Origin: Chloroflexota bacterium
GTDB lineage: Bacteria; Chloroflexota; Chloroflexia; QHBQ01
Assembly (NCBI GenBank): GCA_043754535.1
Contig: JAYUUN010000090.1
Location: 62,001 to 94,735, forward strand
Length of the DNA stretch: 32,735 nucleotides
Direction: 5' to 3'
Each line of letters opens with the position of its first letter. Position 1 is the first letter of the stretch. Positions 14,323-23,667 of the stretch are shown here, one piece after another. The translations under genes were made by a program, and so were the position numbers. The notes under the pieces were generated by a model, which saw only the letters and a program-made list of their open reading frames with translations, did not search any database and had not been told where the DNA came from.

Positions 14323-16389
14323 ATGTGGAGGAGAATGGCCGTTGGCTTGCTGGCTGCTGCCCTGCTGATCGGCTACGGGCTGGTAGCGCAGAGGCAGACA
14401 AGTGGCAACACCCTGGCTGCGCCCACCGCGATCACTGCCAATCTCGTGGTTAGCACCAGCACCTATCTGGCGGGAGCGGGGGTAGATGCGGGCGCGGCGG
14501 TGGAAGTCGCCCCCGACCGCACCCTGGTTTACGCGGGCAAGCTGACGGCGGGGGTCAATTTCGGCCTCACCCCGATCAGCCTGCTGAATGGTGGCAGCGG
14601 CGCACTGCTTCGCCTCAACGCGGCTGGCACGGCAGTGCTGGCGGTGACGCGCATTGGCGGCAGCGTAGACGACATGGATCTCGACCATGCTGGTGGGGCG
14701 ATTGCTGTCGTCGGTGACTTTGGTCTCGCCTACCTCAACCCCGCCGCCAGCGAACTGCTCTGGACCAGGCCGCTCGGCTCTGGCACAAAGCGGGTAGCGG
14801 TGGCTAACGGCGGCAAGGTAATAGCCCTGGCGGGCAAGACCCTCTCCGTCTACGATCCCGGCGGCAACCTGCTCGGCCAGTGGACGCTGCCCAACAGCCG
14901 CGTGAACGACGTGGCGATTGACGCGGCCAGCGCATCGGTCTATGTCGCGGGCGACGACAACAAGACGCTGCCCAGCAACCTGCCAGTGCGCGTCGTCTAC
15001 CTCTACAGCTACAGCTTCGCTGGCACCAGCAAGTGGGCGAACTACGACTGGCCGGGGTCGCAACTGGCGGGCAACGCGGCGGACACCAAGTACCCCTACC
15101 TCAACATCGGGCGCGACGGCTACCTCTACCTGGCGGCTTCGGCTGATGGCGGCAACAATATGCTCCGTAGCGACCCGCATAGCCTCAGCCAACCGGCCCC
15201 AGTGGTCGGCTTCGACAACTACAACCAGACTTCTAACACCAGTGGGGCGATCAACCTCGGCTTCTACGCCCGCTACGATGCGGCAGACGGCACGATCCGC
15301 AAGGCGCAGTTTGTGCTTACCCGCAAGGACGATGGGCGCGGCAACTCCTTCAACCCGCTCGCCATTGCCGCCGACGAACTGGGCAATGTATATGTCGGCG
15401 GGCAGGCGGCCTACAAGCTGGCAGCACGGGATGGGCAGCAAATCGACGGCCAGACCCTTGCAGTCTACAGCGGCTATGAAGCCAGCGTGCTGATTGTGCG
15501 CCCCGACTTTACCGCCCCACGCCTGCTTTGGACAAGCTGGACGGGGCCAGGAGCCAACCACAACTCGCTGGTCAACGGGGTGGCAGCGGGGCGGGGCATC
15601 GCAGCGATGGCGGCCAACAGCAGCGGCGGCACCCTACTTACCGCCAACGCTCTGCAAGCGGCAGGCAGCAATCCCAGCAGCACCAACCCCGACGGCTTTC
15701 TCGCCGTCTGGCAGGCGCAGGCACCAGCCCTCGGCCCCGCCGACTTCTACGACGTGCCAACCGACTCGCTTTGGTACAGCTACGTCCACTATCTGGCTCA
15801 GAACGGCATCGTCAACGGCACCAGCCCCGGCTACTTCTCGCCCAACGCCAACACCACGCGTGGTCAGTTCGCCAAGATGGTCAGCCTCGGCTTTGCCCTG
15901 CCTGCCTACACGCCGACTGCGCCCAGCTTCCACGACGTAGCGGCAAGCAGCATCTTCTACCCCTACATCGAGGCGGCAGTCCAGGCTGGGATAGTCGGCG
16001 GCTACAGCCAGGACGCGCAGTGCGGCGGCCCTGGTACTGCCCCCTGCTATCTGCCCAACACCAGCATCAGCCGGGTGCAGGTGGTGATCATCACCGTCAG
16101 GGCGAAGGGCTGGCCGCTGATCACCCCCGGCGCAGCCAGCTTCCGCGATCTTCCTCCCAGCTACCAGTTCTATCGTGAAGTGGAGACCGCAGTGCAGCGT
16201 GGGGTGATCAACGGCTACACCCAGGAGGCACCATGCGGTGGGGCTGGCACTGCTCCCTGCTTCCTGCCCAACAACCCCTCCACGCGCGGTCAACTGAGCA
16301 AGGTACTCTATCTGGCGATCACCGCCCCGACTGCTGCCGCTGCTGAAGCAAAACCCAGTCCGCAGTCTACTATGGAGGTAAATTACTAA
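14323..16389 (+). CDS. Secreted beta-propeller protein with three C-terminal S-layer homology (SLH) domains
   Basis: Signal peptide, beta-rich blades, SLH units (FYDVP...GIVNG...FSPNANTTRGQ; FHDV...SRVQ; FRDL...TRGQ). Confidence 0.82.
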   Translation: MWRRMAVGLLAAALLIGYGLVAQRQTSGNTLAAPTAITANLVVSTSTYLAGAGVDAGAAVEVAPDRTLVYAGKLTAGVNFGLTPISLLNGGSGALLRLNAAGTAVLAVTRIGGSVDDMDLDHAGGAIAVVGDFGLAYLNPAASELLWTRPLGSGTKRVAVANGGKVIALAGKTLSVYDPGGNLLGQWTLPNSRVNDVAIDAASASVYVAGDDNKTLPSNLPVRVVYLYSYSFAGTSKWANYDWPGSQLAGNAADTKYPYLNIGRDGYLYLAASADGGNNMLRSDPHSLSQPAPVVGFDNYNQTSNTSGAINLGFYARYDAADGTIRKAQFVLTRKDDGRGNSFNPLAIAADELGNVYVGGQAAYKLAARDGQQIDGQTLAVYSGYEASVLIVRPDFTAPRLLWTSWTGPGANHNSLVNGVAAGRGIAAMAANSSGGTLLTANALQAAGSNPSSTNPDGFLAVWQAQAPALGPADFYDVPTDSLWYSYVHYLAQNGIVNGTSPGYFSPNANTTRGQFAKMVSLGFALPAYTPTAPSFHDVAASSIFYPYIEAAVQAGIVGGYSQDAQCGGPGTAPCYLPNTSISRVQVVIITVRAKGWPLITPGAASFRDLPPSYQFYREVETAVQRGVINGYTQEAPCGGAGTAPCFLPNNPSTRGQLSKVLYLAITAPTAAAAEAKPSPQSTMEVNY

Positions 16390-16404
16390 CAGAGGAGGCT
16401 CTCC

Positions 16405-17880
16405 TTGCGCCAGACCACCCGCCTGCTGATCGCCCTCGTCCTGCTACTGACCACCTTCGCCAGCGTACAGGCACAGGATGCCAGCCAAACCTCCCCCCAG
16501 ACCGGCAAGACAGTGCGCGGTCGCTTCCTAAGCTACTGGCAGCAGCACGGCGGCCTGGCCCAGCAGGGCTTCCCCATCTCCAACGAGTTTAGCGAGCGCA
16601 GCGACCTGGACGGCAAAAGCTACCTGGTACAATACTTCGAGCGGGCCGTCTTCGAGTACCACCCGGAGAACGCTGGCACCGCCTACGAGATATTGCTCTC
16701 GCAACTCGGCACCTTCCAGTACGGCAAGAAGTACGCGGGCGGCGCACCCAGCCAGCAGGTCAGTGCGACCAACCCTACCGTCGTTAGAGAGACGGGCAAG
16801 ACCCTGGGCGGCAAGTTCCACACCTACTGGGGGACGCATGGTGGCCTGGCCCAGCAAGGCTTCCCCATCTCCAACGAGTTTAGCGAACGCAGCGACCTGG
16901 ACGGCAAAAGCTACCTGGTACAATACTTTGAGCGGGCCGTCTTCGAGTACCACCCGGAGAATGCTGGCACGGAGTACGAGGTGCTGCTCTCGCAACTTGG
17001 CACCTTCCAGTACCGCAAGCGGTATGCGGCAGGCGAGCCAGCGGGGGACAAGCCTCTACAACTAGGGTCGGCCCGATTGCTGGGGCTGGATATGCGGGCG
17101 GGGCCGGAGGAGGGTTGGGCAGTGGGCGACGGCGGGATTGTCCTGCACTATAGCGGCGGCAAGTGGCTGCAATCTCCCTCCCCAACTGGCCGCACCCTCT
17201 ACGCCGTCTCGCTGCCCTGGGCGGTTGGTGAAGGAGGGATCATCCTGAAGTACGACGGTTCTAGCTGGCAGCAGGCCGCCAGCCCGACGGGGGAGACGTT
17301 GCGGGCGGTAGCGATTAGCGGGGATGAGGGCTGGGCGGTGGGGGGCAGCACTATCCTACACTACAGCGGCGGCAAGTGGCAGATTGCGGCGCGCCTGGCT
17401 GCCGACGACTTGCGTGGGGTTGCCGCCCAGGGGGCAGCAGGGCTAGCGGTCGGTAGCACTGCCAGTGGTGAAGTAGCAACGCGCGCCCTGCAACTGGGCA
17501 GCAAAATCGTGCCGCTGGCAGTGCCAGCCCGCCAGGCTCTCTATGCGGTCAGTTATGCCAGCAACCCCGCCGCCAGCCCCAAAGCTAGAGCGGTCGGCGA
17601 GGGCGGCACCGCGCTTAGCTTCGATGGTTCTAGCTGGCAGCCCGAAGCCACCCCCACTGCTGAAGACTTGAACGGCATCTACTTCGGCGAAGGTGGCACC
17701 TGGGCGGTCGGCAATGCTGGCACCATCTTGCAGCGCAACGATAAAGGCTGGATCGCGGTCGCCAGCCCCACCCAGGCTACCCTCAGCAGCGTGGTGATGC
17801 TCAACGCGGGGGAGGGCTGGGCGGTCGGCTACGGCACGATCCTACACTACCAGAATGGCAAGTGGAGCAAGTATCCGTAG
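16405..17880 (+). CDS. Secreted protein with two Chloroflexota-type repeats and a Ycf48/BNR-like beta-propeller
   Basis: TTG start after GAGGAGG, signal peptide, duplicated HGGLAQQGFPIS...YFERAVFEYHPEN, repeated WAVG..G.ILHY.G..W blades. Confidence 0.8.
   Translation: MRQTTRLLIALVLLLTTFASVQAQDASQTSPQTGKTVRGRFLSYWQQHGGLAQQGFPISNEFSERSDLDGKSYLVQYFERAVFEYHPENAGTAYEILLSQLGTFQYGKKYAGGAPSQQVSATNPTVVRETGKTLGGKFHTYWGTHGGLAQQGFPISNEFSERSDLDGKSYLVQYFERAVFEYHPENAGTEYEVLLSQLGTFQYRKRYAAGEPAGDKPLQLGSARLLGLDMRAGPEEGWAVGDGGIVLHYSGGKWLQSPSPTGRTLYAVSLPWAVGEGGIILKYDGSSWQQAASPTGETLRAVAISGDEGWAVGGSTILHYSGGKWQIAARLAADDLRGVAAQGAAGLAVGSTASGEVATRALQLGSKIVPLAVPARQALYAVSYASNPAASPKARAVGEGGTALSFDGSSWQPEATPTAEDLNGIYFGEGGTWAVGNAGTILQRNDKGWIAVASPTQATLSSVVMLNAGEGWAVGYGTILHYQNGKWSKYP
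16549..17013 (+). repeat. Near-identical 174-bp intragenic direct repeat (16549-16722 and 16840-17013)
   Basis: The copies are 291 nt apart and differ mostly at synonymous third positions. Confidence 0.85.
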
Positions 17881-18000
17881 CCTCTACCCCACCCGTTCTA
17901 TCCGTTGCCCCAAATAGTTGGCTGTGCCGCACCTGCTCTGAAACTTTCGGCTCCCAGCAGTTGTAATTTAGTGGCACAATCAGCGATTGGAGGGTGAGCA

Positions 18001-19104
18001 GTGGCAACTATGCAGGATAGTCCCCATCTAGGAGAGGAGAGCCAGCCCGGTGGCCCGATCAGCGACAGGCGGAGCATCATTCACACCCAGGATTTGGGCA
18101 AGGCGTATGGTGAACAGCGGGCGGTAGACGGGGTTAGCTTCGACGTACAAGAGGGTGAAATATTTGGCTTCCTTGGCCCCAATGGGGCAGGCAAGTCTAC
18201 TACGATTAAGATGCTGATTACCCTGGTCAAGCCAACCAGCGGCAGCGCGACCGTCGTCGGCTACGATCTTGTGCAGCAGACCAATGAAATCCGCAAGGTA
18301 ATCGGCTACGTGGCGCAGGAGATCGGGGTGGATGGGCGGGCTAGTGGACGTGAGAACCTCGAATTGCAGGGCCACCTCTACAACATGGACACCCCCACGA
18401 TCCGACGACGAATCGACGAACTGCTGACCCTGGTTGACCTGACTAAGGAGGCGAACAAGCTCGCTGGCACCTACTCTGGCGGGATGCGGAAGCGGCTAGA
18501 CATCGCCACCGGGCTGATCCACTCGCCCCGTGTGCTTTTCCTGGACGAGCCAACTACCGGCCTCGACCCGCAGACCCGCGCCAACCTGTGGGACTACATT
18601 CGGCGGCTGAACAAGGAGCAGGGCATTACCATCTTCCTCACTACCCATTATCTGGAAGAAGCTGACCGCCTCTGCGACCGCATTGCGATCATCGATCACG
18701 GCAAAATCAAAGCGATCAACACCCCCAGCTACCTCAAGGAGCAGGTCAGTGGCGATGTGGTGAACATTACCTTCGACCGTCCCGAACTGCCCACCGACGA
18801 CAGCCGCCGCGAGACGGCCCGCACCGTCCTCAGCCAGCAAACCTGGGTGCGTGATATCCAGACTGCCGACCGAGGTGGCCTCAACGTCTATGTGGAAGCG
18901 GGCAACCAGGCCATGCCAGAGATCATCCGCCTGCTCGACCAGCACAGCATCCCCGTCGTCACCATCGCCCTCAGTCGCCCCAGCCTGGACGACGTGTTCC
19001 TCAAGTACACGGGCCGCCAGATGCGCGACGAGGCCGACCAGCAAATTAAGATGAACCCCTGGGGTGGCCCACGCCGTATGGGTGGCCGCCCCGGCGGACG
19101 CTAG
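18001..19104 (+). CDS. ABC exporter ATP-binding subunit (DrrA-like)
   Basis: GPNGAGKS, YSGGMRKRL, LFLDEPTTGLD, TTHY, PSLDDVFL. Start is GTG 18001 or ATG 18010. Confidence 0.93.
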   Translation: MATMQDSPHLGEESQPGGPISDRRSIIHTQDLGKAYGEQRAVDGVSFDVQEGEIFGFLGPNGAGKSTTIKMLITLVKPTSGSATVVGYDLVQQTNEIRKVIGYVAQEIGVDGRASGRENLELQGHLYNMDTPTIRRRIDELLTLVDLTKEANKLAGTYSGGMRKRLDIATGLIHSPRVLFLDEPTTGLDPQTRANLWDYIRRLNKEQGITIFLTTHYLEEADRLCDRIAIIDHGKIKAINTPSYLKEQVSGDVVNITFDRPELPTDDSRRETARTVLSQQTWVRDIQTADRGGLNVYVEAGNQAMPEIIRLLDQHSIPVVTIALSRPSLDDVFLKYTGRQMRDEADQQIKMNPWGGPRRMGGRPGGR

Positions 19105-19132
19105 CCAGCAAAGTTGACAGGAGGATTTAGCC

Positions 19133-19939
19133 GTGAACGTGATCAAGAATACCTACTACCTGACCATGCGTAACATCAAGGCCCAGTTGCGCGTACCAGT
19201 CTTCCTCCTCTTTGGCCTGGCCCAGCCGATCCTTTGGCTGGTACTGTTCAGCCAGTTGTTCCAGAACCAGGTGAAGATGATGGGTCAATTGGCGGCGCAG
19301 AGTGGTGGAGCCAACCCTTATGGCACCAACAGCTTCCTTGACTTCTTCGTGCCAGCGATCATCTTGCAGAACGTCCTCTTTGGCGCAGCCTGGAGCGGCA
19401 CCCTGCTGATCAACGACATGGATAGCGGAGTGCTAGACAAGATGCTGGCTACCCCAGTCAGCCGCGTAGCTATCGTGCTGGCTCGCATCCTCGGCTCGGT
19501 AGTGACGCTGCTGATGCAGATCGTCGTGCTGCTACTGGTTGCCCTGATCATGGGCTTCCGTATGCAGTCGGCCCTGGCCGCCGTGCTGATCGCCTTCGCT
19601 GTTGCCCTGCTATTTGGTATGGGCATCGCAGGCCTCAGCAACCTGGTCGCCATCCTCACCCGGCGCAGCGAGGCGGTAATGTCGGTCAGCACCTTCATCA
19701 CCATGCCGCTATTCATGCTGTCTAGTTCGTTCCTTCCCCTGGCCCTGATTGGCGGCTGGGTGGAGACCGTCGCCAAGTTCAACCCCCTCTACTGGGGGGT
19801 GGAGGCAGTGCGCCAGCCAGTGCTGAACGCCAACGTGGATTGGGGGACGGTGGGCATTGCCTTCGCCATCCTCGGCGTGATAGCGGTCGTCTTTGTCACC
19901 CTGGCAACCAACGCCTTCCGGGTGCGCACTGCCGTTTAG
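19133..19939 (+). CDS. ABC-2 type exporter permease (DrrB-like)
   Basis: Six TM segments, LDKMLATPVSR, NPLYWGVEAVR. AGGAGG RBS. Confidence 0.92.
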   Translation: MNVIKNTYYLTMRNIKAQLRVPVFLLFGLAQPILWLVLFSQLFQNQVKMMGQLAAQSGGANPYGTNSFLDFFVPAIILQNVLFGAAWSGTLLINDMDSGVLDKMLATPVSRVAIVLARILGSVVTLLMQIVVLLLVALIMGFRMQSALAAVLIAFAVALLFGMGIAGLSNLVAILTRRSEAVMSVSTFITMPLFMLSSSFLPLALIGGWVETVAKFNPLYWGVEAVRQPVLNANVDWGTVGIAFAILGVIAVVFVTLATNAFRVRTAV

Positions 19940-19961
19940 CCCACCCTATGTCAACAGACCA

Positions 19962-19987
19962 GGGCTGGAACATAGTAGTTCCAGCCC
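19962..19987. terminator. Hairpin between the convergent permease and response-regulator genes
   Basis: GGGCTGGAAC-atagta-GTTCCAGCCC, with only a weak U-tract. Confidence 0.5.
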
Positions 19988-20004
19988 CTTGCTGTGATCC
20001 TCGG

Positions 20005-20652
20005 CTACTGCTCAACCAGCCCGTGCTTGACGGCGTAGAGGGCAGCCTGGGTGCGGTCGGCGAGCTTGAGCTTCTGCAAGACCGCGCCAACGTGGCTCTT
20101 GACCGTCGTCTCGCTGATGTTCATGGTAAGGGCGATCTCCTTGTTCGAGTTGCCCGTGGCGATCAGCAGCAAGACTTGCCGCTCGCGCTCGGTCAGGCTC
20201 TCCTCTGGGGCCGGTTCGTTGCGCTGGGCTGTCGCCTTGAGCAAGGCCTGGGCCGCATCTGGGTGCATCTGGGGGCGACCTGCCACAGCCTCGTGGATTG
20301 CGCGGCCCAGTTCGGCGGCCTTCAGGTTCTTTAGCAGGTAGCCATTCGCCCCCGCCCGCACCGCCTCCAACACCCGTTTGTCGTCAATAAAGGTAGTTAG
20401 CACCAGCACCACAGTCTGAGGCAGCCGCCGCTTGATCTCGGCAGTGGCGGCAATGCCGTCCATCTCTGGCATTACGATATCCATCAACACCAGGTCAGGT
20501 CGCAGGGCGATTGCCTTGTTGACCGCCTCACGCCCATTCTCTGCCTCGCCTACCAGTTCAAAGTCTGGCTGGGTGAGCAGAAAGAGCTTCAGGCCTTCGC
20601 GCACGACCTCGTGATCGTCTACTAGCAGAATACGTTTCTTCAACTGAGTCAT
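20005..20652 (-). CDS. NarL/LuxR family response regulator
   Basis: LLVDDHEVVREG, LMDIVMP, GYLLK, LTERERQVL, SNKEIA, TVKSHV. Upstream TTGACA-17-GAAAAT at 20710-20682. Confidence 0.95.
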   Translation of the reverse strand: MTQLKKRILLVDDHEVVREGLKLFLLTQPDFELVGEAENGREAVNKAIALRPDLVLMDIVMPEMDGIAATAEIKRRLPQTVVLVLTTFIDDKRVLEAVRAGANGYLLKNLKAAELGRAIHEAVAGRPQMHPDAAQALLKATAQRNEPAPEESLTERERQVLLLIATGNSNKEIALTMNISETTVKSHVGAVLQKLKLADRTQAALYAVKHGLVEQ

Positions 20653-20900
20653 CTTTAGTGAGCATCCTCCCGCTAACCCCGATTTTCGCGCATCTTGGCT
20701 CGTTTGTCAAGCGGGTCGAGCAATTCTGTAGAGCTGTTGCGGATTTCTCCATGCGTAGAGGCATCCAGTGGCTCGCTCTGCCTGCAACCAATTGGCTACA
20801 ATATAGCTTTGCCTGAGCAATCTACTGCTGTGTGGAGGCAGCGAAGCCATGACGCTAGCTAACCAAATTGCGCCCGACTGTGCAACGCTGGCTACCGCGC

Positions 20901-20916
20901 TCCTACCAAAGTAGGA
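20901..20916. promoter_or_regulatory. Palindrome TCCTAC-N4-GTAGGA, candidate NarL-family binding site
   Basis: Lies between the divergent regulators, upstream of a TATAAT (20963-20968) that lacks a good -35. Confidence 0.4.
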
Positions 20917-21031
20917 CAGCCAGCTAGCCATAAGGTTGAAGCGACCTGACGGGTAGACAGAGTATAATGGTAGCTAGCCACCCAGCTGGGGGCCAAAGAA
21001 CAGAATGGAAGATAAAGGAAGCCGAAAACTG

Positions 21032-21397
21032 ATGAGTGATACTATGCGCCTGATCATCGCTGACGGCAACGAGGCGGTACGCAGCAGCCTGGCCGGGCTG
21101 TTGGCCCAACTTGGTGGGGTGGAGGTGGTTGGGCAAGCCGCCAGCCGCAGTGAGTTGAGCCACCTCCTGGCCCGCCAGCAAGCAGAGATCGTCTTGCTCG
21201 ATTATGGGCTAGCGGGGGCTGAGACAGGCTGCCTGATACGTTCGCTAAGGGCAGCAGGTTGCAAAGTGCTGCTCCTTAGCCTTGACCAGGGTGGGGATGC
21301 GCATCGCCTGAGCCGTGAGTCCGGAGCCAACTCGTTGCTGGCAAAAGCAAGCGGCGTGGAGGGTCTACTGCGCGCCCTACACGAGCTTGGCTGCTGA
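21032..21397 (+). CDS. Single-domain (REC-only) response regulator
   Basis: LIIADGN, VLLD (phospho-acceptor), LLLS, LLAK. Start uncertain (21005, 21032 or 21044). Confidence 0.8.
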   Translation: MSDTMRLIIADGNEAVRSSLAGLLAQLGGVEVVGQAASRSELSHLLARQQAEIVLLDYGLAGAETGCLIRSLRAAGCKVLLLSLDQGGDAHRLSRESGANSLLAKASGVEGLLRALHELGC

Positions 21398-21857
21398 CAT
21401 AGACTATCTCTGGCACAAGCACAATAGAAGGTAGGGCTTTTGTTATACTTTAGCAGTGCGCTTGGATTCTCAACCTTCCCTGTATAAAGTACAGCCATAT
21501 GGTCAAAAGAGGGTAGCTCTAAACCAGATTTAGTCAATTAGTGGAAGAATAGAGACGACCGAGGTGCAGCAGATTGCACCTTCGCTTTTTGCAACAAAAT
21601 CAGCTTGCCAGCACCATACTCACGGCTTCTAGTACGGTTGGGGCGATAGAATTGCTAATGGCAATCGGCTACTATGCGCGGCATCGGCAGGTTGCCAAAG
21701 TAGCGATATCATCTGCCACGCTTTAGGATAAGCAGCCATCGCTTACTGCCAGCCACTTATTAGCCTGCTTAAGTCTGGCACATAGCAGCCGATTCTAAGC
21801 GACTTCTAATGATCAAAATTAGGGATGGTGGTGCTGAATGCGGTTTATGCTAGCAGG

Positions 21858-21886
21858 TTGACAAAAAGAGAATAGTGGTGTAAACT
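21858..21886 (+). promoter_or_regulatory. Sigma70 promoter TTGACA-17-TAAACT for the XRE-TPR gene
   Basis: Exact spacing, about 65 nt upstream of ATG 21953. Confidence 0.7.
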
Positions 21887-21952
21887 AAAACAGAGGAACG
21901 GGGGTGTCGTTTAGTTTCCACAATAACGATTGATTGAAGGAAGGAACTTAGA

Positions 21953-23332
21953 ATGGCAGATAATACCAGACCGATCGGTGCCAACACCGCCGCCCGCAGA
22001 GCGTTGACCGGCAAGTTGCAGAGCAACCCTATTGGAGAGCGCATCAAAACCCTACGCCGCCAGAAGGCAATGACCCAGACCGCCCTGGCCCAGGGTACCT
22101 TCTCGCCCAGCTATCTCAGCGCAGTGGAGAGTGGGCGGATCAAGCCCTCGCTCAGTGCGCTCTCGATCCTCTCCGACCGCCTCGAAGTGGCCCTCTCCAC
22201 CCTGATCGGGGAGAACGGTGACGCGCTCAGTAGCAGTGGCGCACGCAACGCCAGTGCCGAGGAAATGGAGCGGCAGGACATCGCGCTTGCCCAGGCCGAG
22301 GCCGCCCTTGAGGGTGGCAATCTCGCCAACGCCCAGCGGCTGCTTGGCGACCTGGCGGGCAAGCAGGTCTCGCCGACCCTCGCCCCACGCTATGGCTACC
22401 TGCAAGGCTGGGCCAGCCTCGTTGCTGGCGACCTCGACCAGGCGGAGGAGCAACTGCGGGCTGCGCTCAACCAGGCCGGGCAGTCGGAGTCTCCCGAACT
22501 GACCCCCCGCCTACACAACCTGCTCGGTCAACTCTACCAGCAGAAGGGTGACACCAGCAAGGCTCTCAGTTCCTTCCTCAAGGCGCAGCAGGATGTAGAG
22601 GGTGGCAAGGTGAAGGAGGGCAGCTTCCGCCTGGCACTGCTCGGCCACACCGCTGATGCTTATGTCAGCCTCGGCAATAGTGGGCAGGCAATCAATCTCT
22701 ACCGTGAGGCTCTCGGTGAGGGTGATGAGGGACAGGATGCGGCCAGCGACAGCTTCAGCCTGAGCGAGGAGTACCTCAAGACCAACAACTATCGGCTGGC
22801 TCGTCAGGCTGCTCAGCGCAGCTTGCATCTCTACGAGAACCGTTCGCAGGAACGCCAGCGCGGAAGGCTGACGGGGATGTATGGCATGATGCTGCTCGAC
22901 AGCGACAACCTCGACCAGGCCGAGCAGCAACTAAAGCGCGCCACCGATCTGCTCACTACGGCGGGCGACAACGACGGACTGGCGTTGGCCCACGCGAATA
23001 TGGCTCGCCTTGCACTCGCCAGGGGCGACAAGCAGGCCGCTGGCAAAGCAGCAGCCCAGGCAGAGCAACTGGCGGGTGAAGCTGGCGACCCCCGCATCCT
23101 CGGCCAAATCCTCAGCGTGACTGGGCAGATTGCTGAGCAGAGCGGTGATACTGCTGCCGCTGATGCCGCCTTCAAGCGCAGTCTCAGCCTGTTGGAGCAG
23201 GCCGGGGCGGGCGACCTGGTGGGTAAGGTCTCCTTCAGCTACGGCCAGACGCTGCTAGCCCGCAACGACTCAGCCAACGCCGCTTCCTACTTGCAGAAGG
23301 CTTACCTGGCTGCGGGCCGCCGCTTCAACTAG
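21953..23332 (+). CDS. XRE-family HTH + tetratricopeptide-repeat transcriptional regulator (RRNPP-like architecture)
   Basis: IGERIKTLRRQKAMTQTALA...SPSYLSAVESGRIKPS followed by helical TPR units. Confidence 0.88.
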   Translation: MADNTRPIGANTAARRALTGKLQSNPIGERIKTLRRQKAMTQTALAQGTFSPSYLSAVESGRIKPSLSALSILSDRLEVALSTLIGENGDALSSSGARNASAEEMERQDIALAQAEAALEGGNLANAQRLLGDLAGKQVSPTLAPRYGYLQGWASLVAGDLDQAEEQLRAALNQAGQSESPELTPRLHNLLGQLYQQKGDTSKALSSFLKAQQDVEGGKVKEGSFRLALLGHTADAYVSLGNSGQAINLYREALGEGDEGQDAASDSFSLSEEYLKTNNYRLARQAAQRSLHLYENRSQERQRGRLTGMYGMMLLDSDNLDQAEQQLKRATDLLTTAGDNDGLALAHANMARLALARGDKQAAGKAAAQAEQLAGEAGDPRILGQILSVTGQIAEQSGDTAAADAAFKRSLSLLEQAGAGDLVGKVSFSYGQTLLARNDSANAASYLQKAYLAAGRRFN

Positions 23333-23362
23333 CCAACCGCTAGCCAACCACATACAACTCGT

Positions 23363-23397
23363 ACCCCCCTGCTGCAATGCGGCAAGGGGGTTTCTTT
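23363..23397 (+). terminator. Rho-independent terminator after the XRE-TPR gene
   Basis: CCCCCtGCTGC...GCGGCaaGGGGG hairpin followed by TTTCTTT. Confidence 0.65.
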
Positions 23398-23429
23398 GGC
23401 ATAAACTGCCCAACTTCGCGGCCCTTGCT

Positions 23430-23594
23430 TCAGTGCAGGCGGCGTGCGCCGTCAGCGAGCAGGTAGTGCGCTGCTAGACCAATCACGATCACCAGGAAGG
23501 CAAGCGAGGCCAGCCAGTGCAGGAACCACAATGCGACCATGATTGTAGCCACCGCCACCAGCAAGCCCCGCAGGGTTATGCCATTGTCCCACAT
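23430..23594 (-). CDS. 54-aa small membrane protein
   Basis: AAAGGAG RBS before ATG 23594. MWDNGITLRGLLVAVATIMVALWFLHWLASLAFLVIVIGLAAHYLL is one long hydrophobic stretch. Confidence 0.65.
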   Translation of the reverse strand: MWDNGITLRGLLVAVATIMVALWFLHWLASLAFLVIVIGLAAHYLLADGARRLH

Positions 23595-23667
23595 CGTTAC
23601 TGCTCCTTTTGCCTGGCAACCCACCGCCCCACCTGAAAGTCAGCGGGGCGGGTTTAGCCACGGCTGC

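Noticed and set aside
12784..15561. Long antisense ORFs (481 aa and 425 aa; likewise 26407-27465 and 28195-29316)
   Set aside because: Shadow ORFs opposite well-supported genes in GC-rich DNA, with no motifs or RBS.
16549..17013. Repeat pair considered as a DGR template/variable repeat
   Set aside because: Differences are mainly synonymous and not adenine-specific, both copies are in one ORF, and there is no reverse transcriptase in the window.
20707..20931. 74-aa minus-strand ORF between the response regulators
   Set aside because: No RBS or family features, and it overlaps promoter elements.
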